64,000 nt of DNA from Lingula anatina. Its lineage: Eukaryota; Animalia; Brachiopoda. The position numbers and the translations under genes are program-made. The notes beneath the pieces were generated by a model, which was given only the letters and a program-made list of their open reading frames with translations, did no database searches and was not told the DNA's origin. Location: NCBI GenBank assembly GCA_051362555.1, contig CM120642.1, positions 32,302,001 through 32,366,000 of the forward strand, written 5' to 3'. This document shows positions 43,590-54,635 of the stretch, one piece after another (the stretch's first letter is position 1; each line of letters opens with the position of its first letter).

Positions 43590-46500
43590 AGACCAAGTAA
43601 TAAATCAGTAGTAGTCTAATAAAATTAATTATTGAACCTGTTTCATAACAAGAAGTATGTGGCTAATGTGTTAAGCCTACAGTTACTATATCCTTATTTG
43701 GCCTACTGTGAATTCATCCTGCATTTATGTCAGCTAAATTTTTGGACTAACAGTTAAGACCAATTTCAAGGGGAAAAACATTGTGGAACAATGAAACATG
43801 CCACAGGTGAGGAAAATCCATCAGCTGCTGCTAGTCGTGGTCAACAGAAGGTCAAACACCCAGGCAGCTACTTGCTGCACTGACAGAAATGTCTTTCTGA
43901 GATATCAGTTTTTATTATAATATCATTTTTTTTATATTCATTTCTAGCTTATTACTCAACAGAATCAGGTGGAAAATCTGTTCATCTGATAAAGAAAATA
44001 GTAGCATGACTCCAGATTATTTCAAAAATTATCCAAAAAATGTAATCTACTGTACATTTCAAGGGTTGTTTTGTCTTTGTTCATATAAAACCAACTCGAT
44101 CATAACCCCTTTTTTATTTTAAAGCCAATCAGAATAAAAAGGAATTTAAAAAAGTAAAAAAAAAAAAAAAAAAACCCTGTCCCGTCTGAAGAGGTCACGA
44201 CATGACATGTTCTGTGCCAGACCAGTCACCACGACCTCTATTACTACTACCCATCATGCATATCACACTGATGTCTTTGAACTTGTTTACACTGTTGTTT
44301 TTTATTCCAACAATTTCTCACTCTATCAGTCTCCTAATAAATCACCTCATCAAGCACCTCACACCTGTGCTGATCTGATGGCCTGTCATCTCCTCAGTGG
44401 GAAGCATACTCTGCTACTTATTAAATTTGGCAAAGTGGACCCCCATGTTGGAACATTCGGATTAAATTAATGTATCAATTGGACCAAGCAAGAAAACATT
44501 ATGGTACAATTCAAATCAAAATATCCCTTCACCCACCCACTCACTTATTCACGTTTTGTTATTGTTTCATATATCAATACCTTTACTACTTCATACCAAA
44601 TCAAATTAATTTCAAACAAAGCCATCAGATATATTTGCCTTAGGAAGGTCATTGTATAATTTATATAATTGCTTTAATGAAAGAAAGAAAGCTTTCAAAT
44701 TGATGTAAATGCTGGGAGGGGTATTATTATTCAATCAGTACCAATCATGTGCTAAGTGGTTAATGTTTATCCAAAGTTATTTAATTATCCCTATGCTAAA
44801 TTGAATAATAATTATGTTGTGGGAGGGATTCAGTAGTCAAATGGGGCATTTATGACATAGAAGCTCTATTAATGTCCCCAAGGGTGTGTGAAGTTCAATA
44901 CAATAATATTTACCTGTTACATAATAATATAGCAGTCTTTTCAGGACATCCGGGGGTTTTGCATATTTGTAAACAAACCACATAAAAGGAAGGTATATAA
45001 ATAGGAAAAGACATTCCATACTCTGTGTAAGTGCATATGTGGATTAAAATTCTGAGCATAGCTCCTCTAATGTCATTTTCTTCATTTAATGATTACTAGT
45101 AATAACGTTTAATTTATATCTCTGAAAGTTAATAAAGCAATGGCCTTCTGAATTCGCAAACTCTCTGAAAACAAACATTGGCCAAAAGAGTTTTAGACTG
45201 CTAAAAAAAGTTCCATATTTGTTGTTATTTCCCTTAACACATTCTTCACACACATTTCGACTTTCGACTTGTTTGAATTAATAAACAATCTATGGGATCC
45301 AGTTTTACTTGCTGTAGCAAAATAGGTCTTTTCCTTATTAAACATGCAATTCACAAACCCAGTTAGGGACCCTTCACAATGAATTTCATCTTCCTACGTA
45401 ATGCACACTCCTCTTGATTTCAATGTACTAGTAAAATCACCACCTTTTCTATATTCTACTCAAAGGGAGTGTTCCCATAAACCCATCGTACCAGCTGGAA
45501 TGAGCTAACTCTGCAGGGATTCTCGCTAAAATGCATTCAGTGTGGTAGAACATTAGCCGATGTATCATAAAAAAGCTACCTCCCGTAAATCTACACCTTA
45601 TATTTTGTCGTCTAAGTCAATTACATCAGCCAGTTATATGGGAGGCAAGGAAGTGATGCTGAGCATAAAGTATCATTGGGAAGCTTGTGTTTTATTATAA
45701 AAGGGTCTAATTGGAAAAAAGGAGGTTTACAAACAAGGCTAAAAAAAAGGGGGATTATTACTTCAGAATGGCAGACATGACAAATGATTACTTTTCTGCC
45801 AAGAATTATATACGGATTGTGCAATCAGCCAGAATGATCAAGACGCAGGTTTTGATTTACAAAGAAAGGAAAGGTTCCCGTTAGCTTCGAACCTGACTCC
45901 GTATACTCTCATTGCCATTTGCATGTCTGTGTATGCTATCACATTTTTTTACTGGCTAACACCAAGAGTCTGCTGTTGCTAAAACACACACAGCTATTGA
46001 TACCAGAGATGACAAGCTGATTTGACATTTGAAAACAACCATGACTTGATTCTACAACAAGAATGACTGGGTTGAGACTTGGCTTTTTTTTTAAACGGAA
46101 ATCATTCTCACTTGCATCATCACAGGCTCAGCTCATTCACAGATAAAATTTCTTAAAGCAAAATTGATGGATTATTTCAGCCATATCAAAATTTTGAACT
46201 AAATCATTGGTGAACTTGGCAAAAATCAAAAGAAACAAATTCCAGTTTCTTTGTTCAAGTAAAAATGTGTTTAGCATATGGTTTATATTCACAAAGCTGT
46301 AAGCAATACCAGATTTTGTTGGGGTCTGTCTATATGTGCGTGTGTTATGGAAATATTCAGTCTAAAATAGTCCTGTCTAAACAGTCCTGTCTGAACAGCA
46401 CTAGTGTCATGTAAAATCAGAAACTGTCTTGTTGTATGTGTATGTTACATCTAATACATCAAAACAACCCACATATAAACAGAATTTTCTTCAAATATCA

Positions 46501-49500
46501 AAGACTGTACTACTAGTAAATGGTTCAACGTATATGTTGATGCAAGACTGGGCAACTCTGAAAGGATGATCTTTGAGGGAAAATATCTCATCCCAGTTTT
46601 CCAAGACACGTTTATCTTTTAGTTTAAAGAAAATATGCACTTTGTATCATCAGTAAGCTTCATCACAAAATAATTCTTGTAATGTCTAAATATATCTTAA
46701 AACAACACCACAACTTAAACAAATCATATTGATTTAAATTAAATGGAGCCATGTTGAAGTTAAGCCAAGTAAAACATTTTAGATCAAACTTCCTACATCT
46801 GAAAAATCACCTTTCAGCATTGATTATTGTTAAGCATATAAACACCCATTTTCCCATTATTCTGTTGAGGCAGAAATGTCCATTTTCAACAAATCTTGTG
46901 AGCACATGCCATCAGAAAATAAATAAATAAATACAAAATAACTTACCTTGTGACCAGTTCCCAACACTTTTGTTCCCATATGCCCTATTGATAATGTAGC
47001 CATGTTCTGGAGGGGTGATGATCTTATACTTCAGGACATCCCCTGTACTGTCACGATCTTCTGCCTTCAAGACCTTGTTAGTGAACCTGAAACCAAGCCT
47101 TCCATCTCCAAGTTGGTCTAGTGACGCGCCACCTCGATTGACTGCAATCTGGGGGACGCCATTGTCAACAGGAATAATTTCCACCAAAACTTCTTGTGGT
47201 CTTCGGGTGGTGGTGGTCGTGTCAGGAAAGACGAAAAAGTCTGTATGAGTGCCATCTGTGACAACCAATGCAAAACTGTCTTCAAGAGTTTCGGTGCCAT
47301 CGTGGGCATATGTGATTAAGTTTTCATTCAAGTCCTCCATGGTAAATGTGGTCACAGAGCGAGTATTGTTGTACCTAATGGTACCATGAATTGGGATCTG
47401 AGTCACAGTGAATCGTATTTTTGTGTCATCAGTGTCACGATCCACTGCCTTCAGTTCAAAGGGTGTGATAAGTTTTGTGCCTCCTTCTTTCACTCGTAGT
47501 GGTTCAAGCATCAGGACAGGCTTCTTATTGTCAATATCACTTAGAGAGACCCGGAAAGTACGAACAACTGGGTTATAACCATCTGTCACCTCAAATTCAA
47601 AACTATCCATTTTCATTTCATCCTCACTCATGTGCACATAGCGAATTTTGTTTCCTGCAAGCTGTAGCTGGGTAAAAGTTGTAATCGGGACCCCTGGTTG
47701 GTCTGTGCTTTCAAGATGGCCCCTACTAGGAGCCCGTGTGATAGTAAACTGGAGGTTTTCATCAGGGCTATTTAAGTCATATGTACTCAAAAGGTCAGTT
47801 GTCAGAATGACAGACCCACCCTCAGGTAATTCTACGCCTTTGTTGATGACTTCTGGGTATGTCATGTCTATGCCTTCCACCGAAACATAGAAATATCGAT
47901 CAATTAGGGGATTGAAGCCATCAGTGACATCAAACTTGATCAGGTCTCGGACACCTTCGGCTCCTGTGTGAACATACTGGATCCTACTTCCATCATCAAT
48001 CTCCCACTGAGAGAAGTTCATCCCTCGGGTAATATTTGAGCTGACACCATTAACAACTCTCTGCAAGTAGCCATGGATAGGCTGCTTGCGTACAATGAAC
48101 TGGATGTTCAAATCGTCGGAATCCAAGTCCTCTGCTTTGAGCACCTGGTCGTTGATTACTTTGGTTTCACCAATATCAACCTCCAATCCATTATTGATAG
48201 TCAGCCTTGGAGTTTCATCATCAACTGGGATAACCATGATCAAGATTTCTTTTTCAACTTCATGCTTTCCATCTGTCAACATAACTTTGAACTTGTCCTC
48301 AGTGGTTTCAGAGTCATCATGTTCATACACAATGGTGGAGCCATCAGAAATGTCTGAGACAGAAAACCTGTCCACTTGTACTGATCCTGTTGGCCTTTGC
48401 TGGAGGATCTTGCCATGGCCAGGAGCCTCTAGGATATGAAATATAAGTTCCTGTTCTGGAATATCTTTGTCGATGGCATTAAGAATAGGTGTGTCAATAA
48501 CAAGGGAATTTCCTTCAAGAACCACAAATTCTCTCATGTAGAGCTCTGGTACTTCATCGTTATCTGGTATGATGACAACATCAAGGAAGAAGTTTGGAGA
48601 GAAGTTGACACCATCTGAACATCTAAACGTGAAACGGTCTTCCGTTGACTCCACACCCTGATGAATACTTTGAACGTAGTTGATATTCATTAAACGGATA
48701 TCTTTCATTGTAAAGGTACTGATTGGCATACCTGCCCGTGACTTTTCCGAGCCATCACCTGGTGCACTATTTTCCAAGTAACCTTGTGTTGGTTGGACAA
48801 TAATGGTGCACTGAATGTCATCTACCTCGCTATCTACATCAGATGCACTGATATGAGACAATGTGATGGCACTCTTGTTCCCTTCTGGCACGACAAGTGG
48901 ACCCCCTACCACCACCACAGGGGTATTGTTGTCCACGGGAAGTATGGTCACATTAACTTTGATCCCTTGAATCCGATTTCCACCAATGAGTAAATCATCA
49001 GACATATCAGACAATGTGAGAGTGAAGTGATCTTTGGTTTCTTCAGGGCCGATTTCTCCACTGGTGTGCATATAGGCAACATTATTATTGATGATGTCTC
49101 GCTGTGTGAACTTGTCAGTAACCTGGTTTCCTAGTAAGATCACCCCCTTACGTGGAGCACTTTCAACCAAGAAAGTCAGCATCAAGTCGTCAGTATCAGT
49201 GTCAGTAGCTTTGATCATATTTGAAGTGATGGGTGCTGACTGCCCCTCTTTCACCTCAATGCGGAACCCCAGATTTCCAGAGCTGGCCTCATCAGTCAAA
49301 GCTAAAGATGGCATCTCATCGTCAACACCTCGCACTGCCACCTTGACAACCACTGGGATATGGTGGATGCCATCTGTGACATCCAATTTGAATTTGTCGC
49401 TGTCCATTTCTCCTACCTGCCCTTGGTTGAGGTAGGCAATCCGTCCAGAAGAAATGTCCCCCCTTTTGAAAACCTCACCCTCAGCCATTGGGTTGCCCAG

Positions 49501-51942
49501 GTAAGTCAGCTGACCATGTACAGGAATCTCTACGACAGTGAAATTTATCATATTGCCATCCGTATCTGGGTCTACAGCATCTAAATTTTGTGGAGTGATC
49601 TGTAAGTAGTTGTTTTCAAACACCGAGAATCCGGGATTTGTAATAACAGGAGGCTTGTTATCAACGGGCTGGAGCTTTATGGTGAATCTCTGTTGTGGCA
49701 GGACATTTCCAGCTGTATCTTTCACATCAAATTCAAATTGGATGAGTCTCGGCGTGATTCCCAGCTCAGTACTTGGAGGTTGATAACCAACTTTACGATG
49801 ATTCACCTGTGCTTGGGTAAATTCACTTATTATTATCTCAGGATACTCAAACAAAACAATGCTTCCTGCTGGCAAAGGATTGTTAGTATCAGTGTCATAT
49901 GGCGGTGCTGTAATTGTATACTGAAGTTCTCTATCAATGGAATCCAGATCAGTGTAGCACATAACTTTTTTACGAAAATGTGTCAGCTGAAATTCATTCA
50001 CGGTCATAAGCAAGGGGGTCCTAGGACATAAATATGGTGGTTGGTCATCTACAGGCATTATCTTGACCACAAAATCTTGGACGGGAGACACGTTAGGTGG
50101 AGTATGATTATCCTGGACAGTAAACTTAAGTCTGTCCATGACCACCTCTGTATTATGTGGCCCAACATGATGATAGAACAGTTTTCCCTCCACAATGTCT
50201 TGCTGAGTCCACATGGTGACTGGACGTTCGTAGTGGCCATTGACAAATCTCCAGTTGTCTGGATCTGATGGTGGCTCTATCTGTCTCATCATTACCATTC
50301 CTTCTGTGGAATGAGGTTCCAACAGAGTGAATTTAATACTGGCATCATCACTGTCAATGTCTGTGGCACTGAGAACAAAAGGTGAAATACTAACCACATC
50401 ATTCTTTTGTATCTGGAGACCCGTATTTACATTAATTATTGGCGGTTCGTCATCTTCTGGGTAAACAGTCACAGGGAACAAGAATTCCACTTCATGTTCG
50501 CCATCGGTCATGCGAAAAATTATATTATCGCTGTAAGTATCGCTTCCATCATGTTGATACACAACCATACCTGCATCTAGATCAGCAGGCGAGAAGAATT
50601 TTCGCTTGATGCCATTCATGTGGAGTTCCCCATGTCGAAGTCCATCAATCACCTGAATACGTACATCGTCAAGATTATCTTCGTCTGAAATTTCTAAATT
50701 CTGAGCACTCAGTAAAGGGCGAGATTGTCCTTCAAACAGCTGTATACCGGTGTTTCTTGTGACCACTGGAGCCAAAGTATTCATTGGTTTTACAATAATC
50801 ATCAAAGTGAAAGGGTCTGATGTTAAGCCCTCTGCATCAACCACTTGAAACTCAACTTGAAAGATGCGACGAACGGCTGAATCAATACTTGGAGGCTTGT
50901 AGGCAATCTTTAAGTCCTGAACATCGCTTTGATAAAAGGATTTCACTGGCAGATTTCTATCATCAGTACTCACAATAACACCCTCATCAAAAGTTAAAGG
51001 CCTGGTAATGTTGAAAATCAGCTGACCTGCAGGGGTCTCCTGGTCAATTGCGGCTAAAATGTCTGGCGTTATTGCAGTCATAACAAACTGATCCACTTCT
51101 AATACCAATATGGCATCATAACTTGGGGAAGGAGGGGTGTTTTCTAGGCCTTCCTTAATTCTGACCATGACTTGGAAATATTCTTGTTTTTTCACGGTCC
51201 CCTCTGAGGACAATAGTTCTACAACCATGGGGATATAGTCTCTGTTGGGGGAGTCCAAAGGAGAGGTGTGCTTATATCTTATACCAGACTCCAAGAAAGC
51301 TTCACAGTCAATCATAGTCATTGCAGCTGATGTGTTGGCCATTTCCCCGTACCTAGGCAAACCACTAGCAGCGCTAAGTACGCTTACTTTGCATGATTCA
51401 GAGCCGCGGTCGTAAGTAAACTGCAGTGCCTTGTTATTAATGGGTGTGCTGTACCCCAATAGACGGTCAACAGTTATAGGCATATTTCTAGTGACGATTT
51501 CCAGTTGCACGGAAAGCACTTCAACCTCAATTGTAAATGGTATGATAATAGTTTCAGTTTGTGAATCGTATCTGATCTGCAAGCGCACCCTGTCAAACAG
51601 CGGGTTACGCGAACCGAAGTGCGTATACTCTACTTCGCCGGGGCGAAATCTACACGGGAAAGCGTGCGGCATGAGCATACCTGGCCTCTGCGCTAGTACG
51701 TCCGTCTCCAAAACCGACACAATGCACCGATCCCCTGGCTGCTGGTCTATTTTCAAGTCCCTCTCTGGGTCTAAATACACAGAGCGACCAAAGGGTACTT
51801 GGATCCCACGATTCACTCGTAAAATCCTCCCAGCAGAAGTCAACTGCCCATGGCCCATACAAAACATACACGCCAAAACAAAAACTACGGCTAACCATAA
51901 AAACTTCCCCCTACCCGGGGACTTACTTTCCAGTGGGTCCAT
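644..51942 (-). CDS. FREM2: FREM2/ECM3-family (FRAS1-related extracellular matrix protein) gene, 5' part; 8 coding exons in window: 51942-46947, 12369-12280, 4506-4360, 3666-3586, 2980-2831, 2453-2328, 2014-1766, 793-644; continues beyond position 1
   Basis: Manual splicing gives a continuous frame (5989 nt, all introns phase 1, all GT-AG). Signal peptide, CSPG repeats, then Calx-beta domains with FREM2-like motifs ([41 protein letters not shown]). The symbol denotes the family; in an invertebrate this is probably the FREM2/FREM3 pro-ortholog (ECM3). Confidence 0.93.
1695..1744. repeat. (CA)n/(CACG)n compound microsatellite
   Basis: Seen directly. Confidence 0.85.
1766..2014 (-). CDS. FREM2: FREM2/ECM3-like exon 7 (249 nt), [32 protein letters not shown]...[15 protein letters not shown]...APDKDD
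   Basis: Extends ORF 1749..1937(-); strong resemblance to FREM2 Calx-beta 2; CAG/GTAGG boundaries. Confidence 0.93.
2328..2453 (-). CDS. FREM2: FREM2/ECM3-like exon 6 (126 nt), [42 protein letters not shown]
   Basis: Manual translation; start of Calx-beta 2; CAG/GTGAGG boundaries. Confidence 0.92.
2831..2980 (-). CDS. FREM2: FREM2/ECM3-like exon 5 (150 nt), [50 protein letters not shown]
   Basis: Lies within ORF 2811..3032(-); Calx-beta IDD..YE..E.F motif; CAG/GTAGGG boundaries. Confidence 0.92.
3586..3666 (-). CDS. FREM2: FREM2/ECM3-like exon 4 (81 nt), [27 protein letters not shown]
   Basis: Calx-beta GTA..G.D and VQFNPG motifs; CAG/GTAAG boundaries; phase 1-1. Confidence 0.9.
4360..4506 (-). 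CDS. FREM2: FREM2/ECM3-like exon 3 (147 nt), [49 protein letters not shown]; start of Calx-beta 1
   Basis: Manual translation; CAG acceptor and GTAAGT donor; FREM2-like motifs. Confidence 0.92.
8880..11691. mobile_element. Non-autonomous DNA transposon, CMC/EnSpm(CACTA)-like, 2.8 kb, in FREM intron 2
   Basis: Terminal inverted repeats CCCAGACAGCCTCAGT.../...ACTGAGGCTGTCTGGG (~58 bp, near-perfect); AT on both flanks (possible 2-bp TSD); arrays of 11-12 bp subterminal repeats (CTGGCCCAGAT-like) at 8897-9105 and 11408-11675; no transposase seen. Confidence 0.8.
9258..10693 (+). mobile_element. Internally deleted, degenerate Gypsy-like LTR retrotransposon inside the TIR element
   Basis: Direct repeats ~9258-9479 and 10478-10693; PBS-like TGGCGACGAGG at 9481; polypurine tract AAGAAAGGGA just before the 3' LTR; broken gag-like frame (EFEPY...[13 protein letters not shown]; QRRGALM..VQDIF) and a protease-region-like remnant (KPLKVKGTF). 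Confidence 0.75.
12280..12369 (-). CDS. FREM2: FREM2/ECM3-like exon 2 (90 nt), [30 protein letters not shown]; completes the last CSPG repeat
   Basis: Acceptor ttttttcag at 12370 and donor GTAAGT at 12279; in frame with exon 1 and exon 3. Confidence 0.9.
12862..12996. repeat. ~70-bp tandem duplication (2 copies)
   Basis: CTAATATGGAGTGACTT(T/C)GAACATTTGTTCAAACA...TTTTTAAATG occurs at 12862 and 12932. Confidence 0.85.
14520..14765. repeat. Degenerate tandem repeat (~135-bp unit), probably an old interspersed-repeat remnant
   Basis: ATTTTGGTGATGATCCATTAATTAATT and GAAATTTTCA(G/A)GATAG each occur twice. Confidence 0.5.
16637..17182. mobile_element. PIF/Harbinger (Tourist-like) MITE, 546 bp, probably young
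   Basis: ~150 bp near-perfect TIRs starting GAGCGCATTCTCAACG; TTA target duplication on both sides; CpG-rich. Confidence 0.88.
20215..20258. repeat. Poly-A tract (~44 nt)
   Basis: Seen directly; similar tracts at ~23009-23041 and ~43561-43588. Confidence 0.9.
20806..20979. mobile_element. 174-bp MITE (hAT-like TIR CTGGGGTAGCGCTA...TAGCGCTACCCCAG)
   Basis: 14-bp perfect TIR; internal TTAGCCAA-type repeats; flanked by a 29-bp direct repeat. Confidence 0.7.
25247..25527. mobile_element. Harbinger-type MITE, family B
   Basis: TAA on both flanks; imperfect TIRs (GACTGTGTTCCCATA... / ...TATGGGAATGCTCCC); shared GATCGATCTAAC motif. Confidence 0.7.
25530..25575. repeat. (CA)n microsatellite abutting a family B MITE
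   Basis: Seen directly. Confidence 0.9.
30775..31067. mobile_element. Harbinger-type MITE, family A
   Basis: TIRs GAGCACATTCAGAA/TTCTGAATGCACTC extending imperfectly ~80 bp, including AAATATGGCCGATCCACTT. Confidence 0.7.
31079..31284. mobile_element. Harbinger-type MITE, family A (adjacent copy)
   Basis: ~77 bp imperfect TIRs GGCTGCA...TGCAGCC with AAATATGGCCGACCCACTTGAAAGCTTG; TAA/TTA flanks. Confidence 0.72.
32544..32800. mobile_element. Harbinger-type MITE, family B
   Basis: TAA on both flanks; aligns as a reverse complement with 36239-36469 over most of its length. Confidence 0.78.
36239..36469. mobile_element. Harbinger-type MITE, family B (inverted relative to 32544-32800)
   Basis: TAA on both flanks; starts GACTGGGTTTCCATACC and ends GGGAATGGTCCC. 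Confidence 0.78.
36882..37053. mobile_element. Harbinger-type MITE, family A, 172 bp
   Basis: ~55 bp TIRs starting GGCCCCATTCAGAATAGGGGACT; TGA duplicated on both flanks; core TGGCCGACCCACT. Confidence 0.8.
41255..41451. mobile_element. Harbinger-type MITE, family A (degenerate left end)
   Basis: The right end is similar to the reverse complement of 30775-30845; left end GAGAGCATTCACAAC...AAATATGGCG. Boundaries approximate. Confidence 0.6.
45465..45540. mobile_element. Fragment (one end) of MITE family B
   Basis: Reverse-complement similarity to 25455-25527. Confidence 0.6.
46947..51942 (-). CDS. FREM2: FREM2/ECM3-like exon 1 (4996 nt): signal peptide, N-terminal domain and tandem CSPG repeats
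   Basis: 1676-aa ORF. Hydrophobic N-terminus [19 protein letters not shown]; repeated CSPG signatures (L.A.D.D...L.F.I...P.HG...FTQ.DI...Y.HDG...D.F.F.VTDG). Donor CAAG|GTAAGT at 46947/46946. Confidence 0.96.
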
Positions 51943-51949
51943 AGTTAGC

Positions 51950-52450
51950 AGCCAGAGATGTTGCTACCTCCACGGTTTACTGCAATGTGCAAGTTAATCC
52001 TGGTGAGCCACTTAAAAGTAAGCGTGTGTGAGGCATGCTTCTCGGCGCTCTTTACCCCTGACCCAAACATAGACTATACAAATCGCGCAGGAATCCTGAC
52101 CTGATTTCTGCCGACGGGGGATTCCCCACGCACAACTTCCATCAAAATCGTTCTTTCTTCAAAAATACATTTGTAACGCAAATTTCAGATTATGCTGATA
52201 TTAACCACGGCTGTAAATTCACGGAGTATTCCTTTAATTCAAGTTGCTTTTCAATTTTCGGAACTATTTGTTAAACGGGGGCTTACTAGGCAAACAGACG
52301 GGGCTGCTTTCAGCGATTGACACAGTGCCTATTATTTTTCACGCCTCTGCTTCTGACACGGCCTTTCTGCGGCCAGTCGGACAAAAGAAACCGAACAGGT
52401 TTTCAAATTTATCACTGTTCGACAGCGCTGATTGCTGTTGATTTTTTCCA
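51950..52450 (-). promoter_or_regulatory. CpG-rich putative promoter/5'UTR of the FREM2/ECM3-like gene
   Basis: CpG is visibly frequent from ~51350 to ~53400 and rare in the introns; the region lies directly upstream of the ATG. The transcription start cannot be determined. Confidence 0.5.
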
Positions 52451-53510
52451 CAATGAATAAAATTAATTTGAAAGGAAATATTAACTACGTCGTTATATTT
52501 TTTAAAGAAGCGCTTTTATATTTTAAAACTATTATCTTAACAAAAATCATTTTTATTGGCAGGAAATAAATTGATATCTTATTTAGTTAATTTGATTTTA
52601 AACTGATTGCTTCCGGGGTAAATGTGCTTTATAATGCAATTAATGAAGTATGAGGAAACGGTTTTTTAATCATTTTGCGTGGGGCATAACTTCATTGACC
52701 TGGCTGATAATATGAAGCCAAGGAAGCCAGCATTTACCTATGTACCTGCTAAGGAATCTCTAACAGTGAGTAGGACGTTAAATCTTATTCTATTTCAATT
52801 TCAGACAAAGCCATTTTAATCCAAGAGAAATGGATTGTAAGTCCGTCACCGTCACGTAGGAATAATGCTGAGCTTAATACGCCCTAATTAGTTTTTTTTT
52901 TTTTCGAAATCCACATTTTTTTCAGATTTTCAAACTCAGGGTCTTCAACAATTTTCAGCACTTAGAATGGCTGTATGCTTTGCTTTGGATTTCAGTCACG
53001 ATAAATTGCATGTTTAACACAAATTATAAAACGATTACGCCCGTGTAAATAGGCCTACTTGAAAAGTTACGCCTTTTTACGTTAGTAGGGCATGTTAGGT
53101 TATGAGTGGATAGCAGACAGATGTAACGCTGCCAAAACCCGGTATTCAAGCAAAGAACAAATAGTAAAAAAGTACACATATCTACGCGCAAGAATTCGTC
53201 CCATATATCTTTAAGGGCCTGTGACAGTTATAGATACTTTTATTTAAGAATGTGATTGTTGAGATTCTTGTAGTTGTGTAGAGAGGCGCCGGAGATTGAA
53301 CAACTGAACACAATCATGAAGGTCGCGAAGTTCGCATCTTCAACTTATAAGTTGAACATATTTCACCTGCAGCTATTCCCAGAGCATTTTGAACAATACT
53401 GATAAAACCGCCGTGGGTGGTATTATTCACATTTATGCACCAGTGAGAAAAGAATTATTAAATATTCTATAGTTACACCAAGTTACTGCACTTAAATTGC
53501 AAATGTAGTT

Positions 53511-53516
53511 TTTATT
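53511..53516 (-). terminator. Candidate polyadenylation signal (AATAAA) for the TGFBI/POSTN-like gene
   Basis: tttatt on the + strand ~1.1 kb after the stop; other candidates lie nearby (e.g. ~53552, ~53737), so the site used is uncertain. Confidence 0.25.
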
Positions 53517-54635
53517 CACAATCAAATACTATAGAGCTAGCTTTATTTCTAATTCTCAATTATTCAGTTAATCAGCAAGACAGTTAACATTATTTCTTAG
53601 GTTTAAATCTCAAATGAATGCAATGTAAAGAATGTCAACAAGGTTCTACCTGTTCACTAGTGTCCAGGTGGACTAAGAAACTGATTATCATAATTGAATG
53701 TATTTATATTTATAATAAACATCAGCCATTCTCTTTTTTATTAGTTCAATCTGAATATACACGCAGGTTCTTTTTACCACTATCCGACATTTTCTATAAA
53801 ACGTCATCTTATTTAGGTATTATGCATGAGAATCGGTCTTTAGGAAAAGTTATTTCTACAACCTGGTCACATCATGGTCATTGCATTATATAATTTACAT
53901 TTTGTTTAGACAGAATGAAATAAAAACTTTAACAACTGCTCAAGTTTTGTTTTTCACACCCATTTTAGTCCAGAAAGTTCAAGCATCACCAAACAATAGA
54001 TATATGCAATAAAACGTTAATCCGTATGTAGAAATACCATTATTGTTGTTCAGCTCTTAAAAGAAGAAATTTTTTTGCAAGGGATCATTGGAAAGAATAC
54101 TTAAATAATCAAAGGCAGATCGACCCAGGATATAATTGAGGAGGGAGGTGGGAGGTGCAGTCCAAAGATAAAAAACAAATGACAAGGAAATTTTAACTAT
54201 AAAAACATGAAGGGCACAGTGATGAAAAATTGTTTGGTGTTGTCCCATTTCAATTTCTTTGGGGGCAGGTGGTGGTGGTGGTGGGGGTATTTCAGAGGCT
54301 CAGGGTGCCCATGTACACACTAGCTGTGCCCTCCCCTGGGTCTGCTAATGTAGTAGATGTCACACTTCTGAAATCTGTGTACTGACTTATGTCAGAAATG
54401 AGACGGAAATTATACCAACATTCAATATCATAGTTGTGAATTCTGTGTATTGACCTTTATCAGAAACTACAGGGAAATAATCCCAATAGTCAAGAAGCAA
54501 GGTTTAAATGTAAAATCAAACATTAAAATATCAAAGGCCTGATACAGATATCAAAAAAGCACACTTTAACTTTGAGGTACCAGTCTTGTTGAGGGGTCAA
54601 AGTGATCCTTTTTCATGAATGTCTGAGACAATATA

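Noticed and set aside
47015-51997. Many plus-strand ORFs (up to 188 aa) opposite the FREM exon
   Set aside because: Antisense shadows of a long coding exon, with no recognisable domains.
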